NCBI GenBank assembly: GCA_048941265.1 | Contig: JBHLNT010000084.1 | Coordinates: forward strand, 1 to 16,830 | Source: Promethearchaeota archaeon | GTDB lineage: Archaea > Asgardarchaeota > Lokiarchaeia > Sigyniarchaeales > SOKP01 | DNA: 16,830 bases | Direction of reading: 5' to 3' | Part shown: positions 1-8,639 of the stretch, in pieces | How positions within the stretch are numbered: position 1 is the first letter of the stretch | Layout of the letters: each line of letters starts with the position of its first letter | Notes under the pieces: model-generated | Databases searched by the model: none | What the model saw: the letters and a program-made list of their open reading frames with translations, nothing else | Told to the model about the DNA's origin: nothing | Made by a program: the position numbers and the translations under genes

Positions 1-261
1 GATTTCATTCCTAATTCTTATATTTTCATAGTTTTGGATTCTTGGAAGAAAGTCTACGGGAATTTTTGTGCCTTGGATTATTTCCCCTTCAATAGTATGA
101 AATTCTACATTAATATCTTTACAAATATTCGTCGTTATAGTAACTAAATCAAGGCTAGAAATTTCTTCAGTTTCAAGAGGTCTTTCTAATAATCCCTGCC
201 CTTTTGATGGGGCTCCTATTTTAGGAATTACTCTGCTGGAAGAATTGTAATCATCCTCCAT
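1..261 (-). CDS. Hypothetical protein, partial (runs off left edge); not in ORF track
   Basis: ATG at 261, open for 87 codons to the edge (MEDDYNSSRVIPKIGAPSKGQGLLERPLETEEISSLDLVTITTNICKD...). AGAGGG lies just upstream, and the start overlaps the upstream gene's end by 11 nt, consistent with translational coupling. Confidence 0.7.
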   Translation of the reverse strand, partial: MEDDYNSSSRVIPKIGAPSKGQGLLERPLETEEISSLDLVTITTNICKDINVEFHTIEGEIIQGTKIPVDFLPRIQNYENIRIRNEI

Positions 262-1102
262 TTATATCCCTCTTATATAATTTCTCTAATTTCATATTTT
301 CTTCTTGAGTTAAGGGATAATTCTCGTTAAGTTTCTCGTTCTTATCTCTTACATCAGTTATAAATGAGACACCTAGTTTATTGTAAAAATCATGGAATAT
401 GCCATGACTGGGCCAACCATGTAATCCATCAAAGGATGTTTGAGGGTTTAATTTTTCGAGTTGTGTTTTATGCCATATTGAGAATTTGTAATAAAGAAAT
501 GCATTAAACAATGATTCCCGATGTTCATATGATTTAAATTTTTGGTAATAACAAAAAATGTGAATTTCCAAATCTCCCAATAATTCATAATAAATAAATA
601 AATTCTTGTGATCTACAAGATGAGTAATTATGACTTTTATATTTTTTTGAGCATTATAAATGTTATTTACAATCAGATTGATTCCTAACTTATTAAAAAT
701 TTTCGAACTTTGAAACTCATTAAAATTCGAGGAATATTCATTATCAGAGAAGTAAATACTTTCTAAATCTGCGACATTAAGATAATGTCTATAATCTATC
801 TTTTCTGTGCCAAACTTGGCTTTAAGCATTCTTAAACAACTTTCATAAAAAAAGATTTCATTACAAAGATATTTAAAATAGTTATCAGTTTGATCTTTTT
901 CGGACCAAATCTCCAAGGATCGGTATTTATCCTTTGCTTGTTTACATGTATCTTTAAGCTTCCATTTGATCTCATAAATTTCATTTACATCTGTTGCTTT
1001 CTTTAGCTGATTTTTTAATTCATCTATATTCTTTTCTATCTCTCTAATGTGTTCAATAGTTTCATCGATTTTATCTTGAAAGATTATTTCATCGTCAAAT
1101 AT
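251..1102 (-). CDS. Hypothetical protein (221 aa from TTG 916; possibly ~283 aa with a helical N-terminal extension)
   Basis: The track ORF 251..916 starts at TTG, but the frame stays open to 1108 (IFDDEIIFQDKIDETIEHIREIEKNIDELKNQLKK...). AGGTGA at 1114..1109 is 6 nt upstream of an in-frame ATA at 1102. No family motif recognised; start uncertain. Confidence 0.65.
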   Translation of the reverse strand: MFDDEIIFQDKIDETIEHIREIEKNIDELKNQLKKATDVNEIYEIKWKLKDTCKQAKDKYRSLEIWSEKDQTDNYFKYLCNEIFFYESCLRMLKAKFGTEKIDYRHYLNVADLESIYFSDNEYSSNFNEFQSSKIFNKLGINLIVNNIYNAQKNIKVIITHLVDHKNLFIYYELLGDLEIHIFCYYQKFKSYEHRESLFNAFLYYKFSIWHKTQLEKLNPQTSFDGLHGWPSHGIFHDFYNKLGVSFITDVRDKNEKLNENYPLTQEENMKLEKLYKRDINGG

Positions 1103-1108
1103 AGTCAG

Positions 1109-1114
1109 TCACCT
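1109..1114 (-). promoter_or_regulatory. Putative Shine-Dalgarno AGGTGA
   Basis: Matches the GGAGGTGA consensus and sits exactly where the downstream open frame begins. Confidence 0.45.
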
Positions 1115-1236
1115 ATTGTTTATGGAAGTAGAGTTCTTTTTTTACATTTTGTTAATTAACTAATTCTTGATTCTTTTTATATAATCGACAAAATCCTGTT
1201 AAGATCATTCTTTTCTTGATATTGTCATACAATTTT

Positions 1237-2247
1237 CTATTTATATTTTAAACGCTCAACTTTTTGAAAAGGTCGAAACCAATCCCAGAGCTCTTCAAAT
1301 GACAAATTCTGGGGTATAGGGTTGTTATAAATGAATTTATTATCTTTATATTGATTATGATATGCTTCACCTGTTCGACGAGGATGATTAGCAATCCAGG
1401 ATTCAAAAAAATTATTGTGAATTTCATAATGATGAGAATGAATGAATGGCTCCCAAAGTTTAGATTTGCGAAGTTCTTCCTCTGATTCAATATTAATAAT
1501 TTCAATTTGTTCCATATTTCTATTCCTTACTTCTCCCCAAGCAATTTTCATTAATTCGATCGCTCTCGTATCTGATTTAGGAGCACTATATCCAAAGAAT
1601 GTTATCCAAAATGCTGATCTTATATAATTTTGTAAAGTTATCCATTGTGATTTTAAAAAACCGTTAATATCGTAATTTTTTTCTGTAATTGGATATAAAA
1701 TTGGTGTTTTTTCTAAAGGCTTTCCGCAAGTATTGCACGGAAATCGTTTTAAACCGCTTTGATTATGTGCTTCGCAATATCCGGCTCCTACATTTCCATG
1801 TAAAAAAAGCATATTCGGTAATTCAAATCTATTTCCATTTCTCCTGTAAGCTTGAATTATGAGAGGATCCCAATTAAAAGTTGCTACGAGATCTTTCTTT
1901 CGAAGTGAAAGTAATAAAAGATCGTATATAGTTATGGATTCTGGTATTAATATTTCATTAAAGTAATTATAAACTTGGTTTTCGACTTTTTCTCTAATTT
2001 TCTTATATTTTTTTCTTCGATATAGTATTGAATACAACACCTCAAAATCACTGTTAATTTTTAGACCTAAATCTGCTAAGTACTCAAGTTTGATAACCGC
2101 AATCAAATCTTTCATCAAAGGCAACACTTTTCCATTTCTATCTCCATTTGGGCAAGTGGCTCGACTTGCTCCAGCTCCTAATATGACTACGTGTGGACGA
2201 TTCATAACTATTTGATTAATCTCTTCTTCAATGGAAAATTCGCTCAT
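1237..2247 (-). CDS. SIR2-family (SIR2_2-like) protein, putative NADase effector
   Basis: Motifs VVILGAGAS, TFNWD, LHGN and FFGYS in sirtuin order; a CEAH...CNTC zinc-ribbon-like segment follows the LHG histidine. Confidence 0.8.
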   Translation of the reverse strand: MSEFSIEEEINQIVMNRPHVVILGAGASRATCPNGDRNGKVLPLMKDLIAVIKLEYLADLGLKINSDFEVLYSILYRRKKYKKIREKVENQVYNYFNEILIPESITIYDLLLLSLRKKDLVATFNWDPLIIQAYRRNGNRFELPNMLFLHGNVGAGYCEAHNQSGLKRFPCNTCGKPLEKTPILYPITEKNYDINGFLKSQWITLQNYIRSAFWITFFGYSAPKSDTRAIELMKIAWGEVRNRNMEQIEIINIESEEELRKSKLWEPFIHSHHYEIHNNFFESWIANHPRRTGEAYHNQYKDNKFIYNNPIPQNLSFEELWDWFRPFQKVERLKYK

Positions 2248-2261
2248 CTTAATATAGTTTT

Positions 2262-2279
2262 ATTTGAATTTATTCAAAT
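2262..2279. repeat. Perfect 8-bp inverted repeat ATTTGAAT-TT-ATTCAAAT upstream of the SIR2 gene
   Basis: Read directly; lies 14 nt before the SIR2 ATG in the 58-nt intergenic gap. Function unknown. Confidence 0.5.
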
Positions 2280-2305
2280 CATTAATAGATTTCTCAGGAA
2301 ATATT

Positions 2306-3223
2306 TTATTTTGATGCTATAAAATCATAAGATTGTTTAATCAAATTCATTGAATATGGTATCATTTCAATAGAATCACATTTAAATTTACTAATTTTAC
2401 CCCATTGATATGATTCTGGAATATCTTCTAGAACGTCTCTAGGATCATCAAAGTACTCCTTCAATCTATTTAAATAAACATCAATTCGTTTATTATATAT
2501 AAATAAAGAAACAAAATTATTTCCATTTATTTTAAAAGCAATATATAATTTTACTGGTTTAAATTCAACATTTTCATTTATGTTTAATATTTCTTCTTTA
2601 AGATTTTCATATAGATCTCTTATATAAGAAGGTCTCTTTGCTATGTGATATTCCTCATCATAAGCTTGTACTTCTTTTTCAATATGTTTTTCTTTACTAA
2701 TTACAGGTGGTATTTGCTCCATGCTTACACTATATTTAGGCTCAACTTTAGATAAGATCAATATATCATCATCAAACTTCGAGATCTCCCATAATTCAAA
2801 TGGCATTTTGGTTGCTACAGCTTCTTTCGAATATTCCAGAAATCTATTCGCAATAAAAATAATTTTAGATTGACTCCAATCAAAGTCTTTGATTAGTTTA
2901 TTATCTCCTTTAACTTCATTATATTTTAAAACGAAATTCGCCTGATATTCAAATAACAATCCTAGATATGCGTAACCTTGATCAACAATACTTTTACTTT
3001 TATCTCGCTTATATTCAATTATAATAAAAGATTTAGTTTCTGAATCATATGCTAAGGTATCAATCCGTCGATTTTTAACAGAAAATTCAGTTTCTATAAA
3101 TTCTAAGTTAAAAATATTATTTAAATTATCTTCGATTATTTTTTGTATATCTTTTTCAAGCCTTATTTTTTTCTCATTTAACCTAACCAATTTGTCCTGT
3201 GATTCAATTTTATACACTTTCAT
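2306..3223 (-). CDS. NucS/DUF91-like PD-(D/E)xK endonuclease with C-terminal DUF5655-like domain
   Basis: N-terminal LEKDIQ...RIDTLAYD...IIIEYKR...IVDQGYAYL (E, D, ExK and QxxxY). C-terminal YDEEYH...LYENLKEEIL...PVKLYIAFK...WG resembles DUF5655. Confidence 0.78.
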   Translation of the reverse strand: MKVYKIESQDKLVRLNEKKIRLEKDIQKIIEDNLNNIFNLEFIETEFSVKNRRIDTLAYDSETKSFIIIEYKRDKSKSIVDQGYAYLGLLFEYQANFVLKYNEVKGDNKLIKDFDWSQSKIIFIANRFLEYSKEAVATKMPFELWEISKFDDDILILSKVEPKYSVSMEQIPPVISKEKHIEKEVQAYDEEYHIAKRPSYIRDLYENLKEEILNINENVEFKPVKLYIAFKINGNNFVSLFIYNKRIDVYLNRLKEYFDDPRDVLEDIPESYQWGKISKFKCDSIEMIPYSMNLIKQSYDFIASK

Positions 3224-3233
3224 GATTTTCTCA

Positions 3234-6200
3234 TCAAGAAATATAATTCTTAAATTCTTCTAGTCGTTTTTCAATCAAATTGTCCAAAACTTGTTGTCCC
3301 GCCGCTATTCCCGTGTGAAAATCCATTTCATAAATTCCAAATCCTTTTCGACGTAATTTTTTGCGTTTTTTCTCATCATCCTCTTTAACTTCAGGTTTAT
3401 TGTGAGGCGGGCCATCTACAAATACGCATAAATTTTTATCTTGATAATAATAATCTGCCACCGATAAAATAAAGCCTGTACCTGTAGATGGATCAATGTC
3501 ACTAATAGGATATTGAGCATGATGAGGTAATGGAATTTTCATTTTGAGCATATGTTCTAATACTCTTTTCTCTAGGAATGAATCTAGACCAGATCCAAGT
3601 AAATTTTTGAGCCTTTCTAATTGAGCTTCAACTGGATCAATAGATATAAATTCTACTTTTGATTTATGCATTGCTTGGATTAAGGATTTAACAACTTGAC
3701 GATTCAAATATCTATGATCTCTTTGGTTCCAATAACCAAGTAGACAATTGTAACATGCTCGTTTACAAGGATCCTCATACTCTTCTCCAGACTCAACATC
3801 CTTTAAGTGGATCAGCTCTGCCATCATATTCAGAAAACGATTGTACCTTATAGGGTTATTAATCAGAGCTTTTAACGTACCAATACCTCCTTCTTCGGTT
3901 TCATAAATTACTATTTTGCTTTCGTTTGACTCTGGAACTGGAAGGATAATTCCCCCTAATTCTCGTTCATCCATATTAAATGTTAACAAAATGCTTTGTA
4001 ACAAAACTTCTTTTAAGGTTGTATAGAACTCATTGATAGCTCCCTCACCCTCTACTACAACATCTTCAGGACAAATAAAATGCATTTTTATTACATCATG
4101 AGAACCTTTAACAAATAACATTAGATCTTTTAGAATATCTGATTCAATTCCATTATTGGTACAAGTTTGAGATGTACCTTGTGTTATATGATTTTCAATA
4201 CTCTTCGTTGTTATCCATTGATTGCATGCAATACAATAATTGAATGTCTCAGATTTTTGGTCAGTATCAGGAGTAAAACTAATTTGACCTCTATTCACAT
4301 AATAAATTAATGCATCCTGCTCATATGTACACTCAGCAAATGCACTTCCTTCCTGAGAAATAATATTGAAATGTCTTATTTTTTCTGCTTTTTCTTTATA
4401 ATTAACTATAACATCATAATACTTGATTAATCGTTTTTCTTCTTCACATCCAATATATTCTCCTGAAGATGCTCTCATATCGGGGAAAGAAATGCATCTA
4501 TGGATTTCTTTGCTAGGGATAATTGGTGCTCCACATGAAGGACAATTTTGTTGAGTATCAACACTTGAACCAAACTCTATGTACATACAATTATCACAGA
4601 GGAAACATTTATCTGCTGCAATTTCTTGCTCTTGATTGTGGAAATTAGCTCTTCTGACATAATATTTTGATCCCATAAAGTATATAGAATTTAAAGGAGC
4701 AAACTCTCGTATTGCAATATCATTTTCTCTTTGGATAATGCGTTCGTTAGAACTTGAGCTGTTGTACATTTGTATCGAAATGTCACTGGAAGAAAATCCA
4801 TAATTTGGCAAGAAACCATGGTCAGATAGATAATTAAAAATATAAAATTCACCATCTCCATCTAGCATTTTAGTTATTTGATTATCTACAGCTCTTTGAC
4901 GGTTTATTATGACCCTATCTCTAGAACCATGAGCTTCTTTGAATAATTTCTGTCTTTCTATCTCATATTCCCTTAGTAATTGCTTAAAATAGTAAAAATT
5001 CTGATCAAATCGATTGACAAAATTTTTAACTTTTGGAATGTAGAATTCTTCTGTTAACCATTCAAATTCTTCTGTTTTTAGATTCAATTCCCTTGAAAAA
5101 ACTTTTTTAACTGCAGAAAGAATTTCATCTTGATGAATATCAACTGCTCGTTCTATTTCGTCTGAATAATCTTCTTTTAGTTTAATCTCAAAATCCTCAT
5201 CTTTTTCTTTAATTTCGAAAATTTCTTTAGGTTGTTTATCAAGATCAGAATATTGAGTTACTATTTGAATTATAATTGAATTTATATGTTTTAAAACCAA
5301 GATTTTATTATTTAATTCAAATTGAGGGGGTACAATTCGTCCAGAAATTATTTTTTCAGGGTTATTATAGAAATATCTATCATGAGGCCCTCTATTTGTA
5401 TCCATCCCGGAGGAACAAAACACTAATATGAAGGAGGGTTGCTCGGATCGCCCTGCTCGCCCTGCCCTTTGCGCATAACGACTAGCATCTGGGGGAACAT
5501 TTCTCAGTAATACTGTTGATAAATCTCCAATATCTATTCCAAGTTCCATAGTTGGAGATGAAACTAAAACATTTAATACTCCTGCATTAAATTGATTTTC
5601 AATATCTGTTCGATCATCGACACTTAAAGTTGCATTATGTTCACTTGGTCTGATGGTAGATTCCAAGGAAATCTTTGAGTTGAATAGTTTGTAATAATAA
5701 TCATTACTCCAATCAATATCTTCTAAATCCCCACATAAAGGTCGAATACAACGATCTATAGTTTTAAAGCGGTAAACCCTTTGGCATTTATAGCAATATT
5801 TTACTTTAGGATCTATTCCATAATGCATTTCAATCTTATTTGGATTTACTTGAATAATATTCCGATATCTATGGTATTGTCCTAAAGTATGCTCAACTAA
5901 AAATCCATTATCAATTAAAATATCCTTAATTAATAACAATAGTTCTGATGCAAATTTTGAATCAACACCAGGAATAAAACTACGTAACCATTTATTTAGT
6001 GAAGAATAAGGAGTGCTAAACTTTCTCGTTCTAACTCTTTCTCCTTGAAATTTCTTGGAATGCGTAAATGTATCGTCAGAATACCCATAAATAAAGTTTA
6101 GAAATCTTCCAGGATCTTGCATGAAATAATCTTCAATAAAATCAGACCAATCCCCCCATTTATTTCTAGTACTATTAAGAAAATCATGCTTTATTGCACC

Positions 6201-8636
6201 CCACCATCTTATATCATCAAGTATCCCCCTTATTAAATCATATCGTTCTTCTGATGTAAGAGCTTTTACCTGAGGAATATCATTCCAGAATCTCTCGTTA
6301 TTGACGATATCTTTTAAACCTGTATACTTAACTTGCATTAGGCTATATTTTTCTACTCCAGTGTGTAAGATGTATCCTGAAGATTTTAATTCTGAAAGAG
6401 CCAAAAATTCAAGATATTCTTTGAAATATTGTTCACTACGTCTTTCATTTTTTCCCTCTTTCCATGGTAATTTAAATTTCTCTTCATTACTTTCTCTTAA
6501 TTGTCTAATTTTTTGATATATATCCCTCCCACACTCATCAGGTATTAAATAATCCCTATTTTTATGAGCATCCTTTAGGGTTTCAACCATAATATGTTGA
6601 AATGTTATTCTGCGGTCAAAATCTCTAAGATGACCCGCTTGAAACGCTGTTTCTTGACGATTATCTGAAAAAATTAAGATTCTTTTCTTATTCTCTTCTA
6701 AAACTTTTAATGCATTAGATACTAATATATCGGTTGCTGTACTTCGACCAACAAGGTCAAAAGAATAAAATTTCTTAAATCTCTGAGTTTTTTTCGTATG
6801 GACTGCACCACATGAAGGACAAAATTCAAAATTTTCGGAAACACGCCATACTGGAAACTGATCTGCGTGTGAACAGTCAGGATCAAATATATTACAAATA
6901 GGACAATAAATATCTTTAATTGGAACTTTATTTCTATATTTCTTACTTATATCTACACCATTTTTCAAATACCAATTTTCAGGAATCGGTAAATCTGATA
7001 GGTCATTTCCTAACTGTGAACTTTTGCCGAGTAAGATCTTATTTCCAGTAACAAATGGATTATAATATTCTGGTGAAAGCTGACCTTCTTCGGTTTGCTT
7101 AACTCCAAAAAATTCTGTACCGCATTGTTTACAAAAAACTAATGGAAATGCATAATAGGTCTGTTCTCCCATTGAACACATCTCACATACTTTATCTCCA
7201 CGAATTTGTAGATGAATCTTTTCTGAATCATTAGAGGTAAGACATCCATAAATAACGGCTCCTTGAGTGAAAAAAAGGTGTATTTTTGGTACCAAGATTG
7301 GTCTGAATTTACCCTCAAATTCAGCCTGAACAAATGTTCCGACTAACAGAGCTGCTTTGATTTCGAGCTTACACTCCCCTAACACATATTCAGAACGAAA
7401 TTCCTTCTGATACATTTCAGCTAATACTTTCATAGTCTGAGGACCATGTTCTTGAATGGTTCTCTTGATGAAGCGAATAGTGGGATGTTTTAACAATAAT
7501 TCCCCGAGAGTTTTTTCATTTGGATTATTGGGAATGAGATTCGGATTCTCTAATAGGCTTTTGATTAATGGTAAAGTATTTCCTAGAGTGCTATTAAAAT
7601 TATCCAGATCTATCTGTTTTATATATATTTTTTCTGGTAGATTTAAAAGTTCTATAGAGGGATCTTCTTCTATAAATTCTGCTTGAATAAGGAAACCTTC
7701 TGAAAATTCCTCTCCAAATATATCTTCTGCGAATTGTCGGATAATTTTACCCTTCACTCCAGGTGTATCCTCAATGGTAGCACTCGTTCCGATACAAATT
7801 GGATTTTCCATTTTTAATCGTTGTTTCACCCTTCTTATTAAACCTGCTACATCAGCTCCGGAATTACCTTTATATGTGTGAATTTCATCCAATATAAGAA
7901 ACTTAAGCACATTCTTTTCATTATCACGGAAGATTTTTCTATCATAGTGGCGTGTAAGGATTAGCTCAAGCATTTTATAGTTCGTTATAAGTATATCGGG
8001 AGGTGTTTGCTGAACATCTTCTCTGGAAATTATTTCAGAATCATAGATCTTTTCTCTTTTAAGAACATTTCTAAGGTAATTATGTGCTTCTTCATGTGTT
8101 TGCTTCATTTCTCCAGTATATTTCGCGACAGTAATTCCTGTACCGTGTAATCTTTCGGCAATATCATTATATTGAGAATTGGCAAGAGCATTCATTGGAT
8201 ATATAACGAGTGCTTTTACTCCTTTTAGCTCATTTTCTTTAGATTCTAGACAATAAGATACAATAGGGATCCAAAAACACATTGATTTTCCTGATCCAGT
8301 ACCTGTGCTAACAATAATATTCTTATTCTCATGAGTTCTACGGATCGCTTCATCTTGATGAGAATAGGGTTGGATTGGTCCTGATTTCTCTCTATTTTGA
8401 AATAAGATTGGGATTTCTTGTGGTAAAATATTTTCTTGTACGAGTCGCTCTAAAGTAGAACCTTTTTTATATTGTGGGATAAGGTCAATAACCGGTTTTT
8501 GGTATATGAACGTGCCCGATTCTATTTGATCATTTATCCATTCTTTAATGACAGGATTTTGGAATTTTTGATATGAACGGATAAATGATTTATATTGCTC
8601 TTGGAGTTCCTTAATTTGTAAAAATATATTTTTCAT
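3234..8636 (-). CDS. YprA/DruE-like DEAD/DEAH-box helicase with DUF1998 and C-terminal Vsr/DUF559-like nuclease
   Basis: Helicase motifs: Q motif PYSHQ, Walker A TGTGSGKS, YPMNALANSQ, DEIH, TSAT, IFSDNRQ, PTMELGIDIG, QRAGRAGR. Many CxxC pairs; DUF1998-type YETEEGGIG...CKRACYNC; terminal ADYYY...VFVDGPPH. Confidence 0.9.
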   Translation of the reverse strand: MKNIFLQIKELQEQYKSFIRSYQKFQNPVIKEWINDQIESGTFIYQKPVIDLIPQYKKGSTLERLVQENILPQEIPILFQNREKSGPIQPYSHQDEAIRRTHENKNIIVSTGTGSGKSMCFWIPIVSYCLESKENELKGVKALVIYPMNALANSQYNDIAERLHGTGITVAKYTGEMKQTHEEAHNYLRNVLKREKIYDSEIISREDVQQTPPDILITNYKMLELILTRHYDRKIFRDNEKNVLKFLILDEIHTYKGNSGADVAGLIRRVKQRLKMENPICIGTSATIEDTPGVKGKIIRQFAEDIFGEEFSEGFLIQAEFIEEDPSIELLNLPEKIYIKQIDLDNFNSTLGNTLPLIKSLLENPNLIPNNPNEKTLGELLLKHPTIRFIKRTIQEHGPQTMKVLAEMYQKEFRSEYVLGECKLEIKAALLVGTFVQAEFEGKFRPILVPKIHLFFTQGAVIYGCLTSNDSEKIHLQIRGDKVCEMCSMGEQTYYAFPLVFCKQCGTEFFGVKQTEEGQLSPEYYNPFVTGNKILLGKSSQLGNDLSDLPIPENWYLKNGVDISKKYRNKVPIKDIYCPICNIFDPDCSHADQFPVWRVSENFEFCPSCGAVHTKKTQRFKKFYSFDLVGRSTATDILVSNALKVLEENKKRILIFSDNRQETAFQAGHLRDFDRRITFQHIMVETLKDAHKNRDYLIPDECGRDIYQKIRQLRESNEEKFKLPWKEGKNERRSEQYFKEYLEFLALSELKSSGYILHTGVEKYSLMQVKYTGLKDIVNNERFWNDIPQVKALTSEERYDLIRGILDDIRWWGAIKHDFLNSTRNKWGDWSDFIEDYFMQDPGRFLNFIYGYSDDTFTHSKKFQGERVRTRKFSTPYSSLNKWLRSFIPGVDSKFASELLLLIKDILIDNGFLVEHTLGQYHRYRNIIQVNPNKIEMHYGIDPKVKYCYKCQRVYRFKTIDRCIRPLCGDLEDIDWSNDYYYKLFNSKISLESTIRPSEHNATLSVDDRTDIENQFNAGVLNVLVSSPTMELGIDIGDLSTVLLRNVPPDASRYAQRAGRAGRSEQPSFILVFCSSGMDTNRGPHDRYFYNNPEKIISGRIVPPQFELNNKILVLKHINSIIIQIVTQYSDLDKQPKEIFEIKEKDEDFEIKLKEDYSDEIERAVDIHQDEILSAVKKVFSRELNLKTEEFEWLTEEFYIPKVKNFVNRFDQNFYYFKQLLREYEIERQKLFKEAHGSRDRVIINRQRAVDNQITKMLDGDGEFYIFNYLSDHGFLPNYGFSSSDISIQMYNSSSSNERIIQRENDIAIREFAPLNSIYFMGSKYYVRRANFHNQEQEIAADKCFLCDNCMYIEFGSSVDTQQNCPSCGAPIIPSKEIHRCISFPDMRASSGEYIGCEEEKRLIKYYDVIVNYKEKAEKIRHFNIISQEGSAFAECTYEQDALIYYVNRGQISFTPDTDQKSETFNYCIACNQWITTKSIENHITQGTSQTCTNNGIESDILKDLMLFVKGSHDVIKMHFICPEDVVVEGEGAINEFYTTLKEVLLQSILLTFNMDERELGGIILPVPESNESKIVIYETEEGGIGTLKALINNPIRYNRFLNMMAELIHLKDVESGEEYEDPCKRACYNCLLGYWNQRDHRYLNRQVVKSLIQAMHKSKVEFISIDPVEAQLERLKNLLGSGLDSFLEKRVLEHMLKMKIPLPHHAQYPISDIDPSTGTGFILSVADYYYQDKNLCVFVDGPPHNKPEVKEDDEKKRKKLRRKGFGIYEMDFHTGIAAGQQVLDNLIEKRLEEFKNYIS

Positions 8637-8639
8637 TTT

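Noticed and set aside
1109-1228. ATG at 1228 in frame with the 251..1108 ORF, suggesting stop-codon readthrough or recoding
   Set aside because: Five in-frame stops of all three types intervene, and other genes here use TAA, TAG and TGA as normal stops.
1248-1627. Short ORFs 1248..1505 (-) and 1442..1627 (+)
   Set aside because: Nested within the motif-supported SIR2 gene with no recognisable motifs.
1237-2247. Thoeris ThsA or Sir2-HerA call
   Set aside because: No SLOG domain and no TIR or HerA neighbour in the window.
6301-7686. Short ORFs 6301..6516, 7139..7333 and 7456..7686
   Set aside because: Shadow frames inside the 1800-aa helicase.
3234-8636. Intein explaining the helicase length
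   Set aside because: No HN-C/S/T splice junction or LAGLIDADG motif noticed; HNA is part of a helicase motif.
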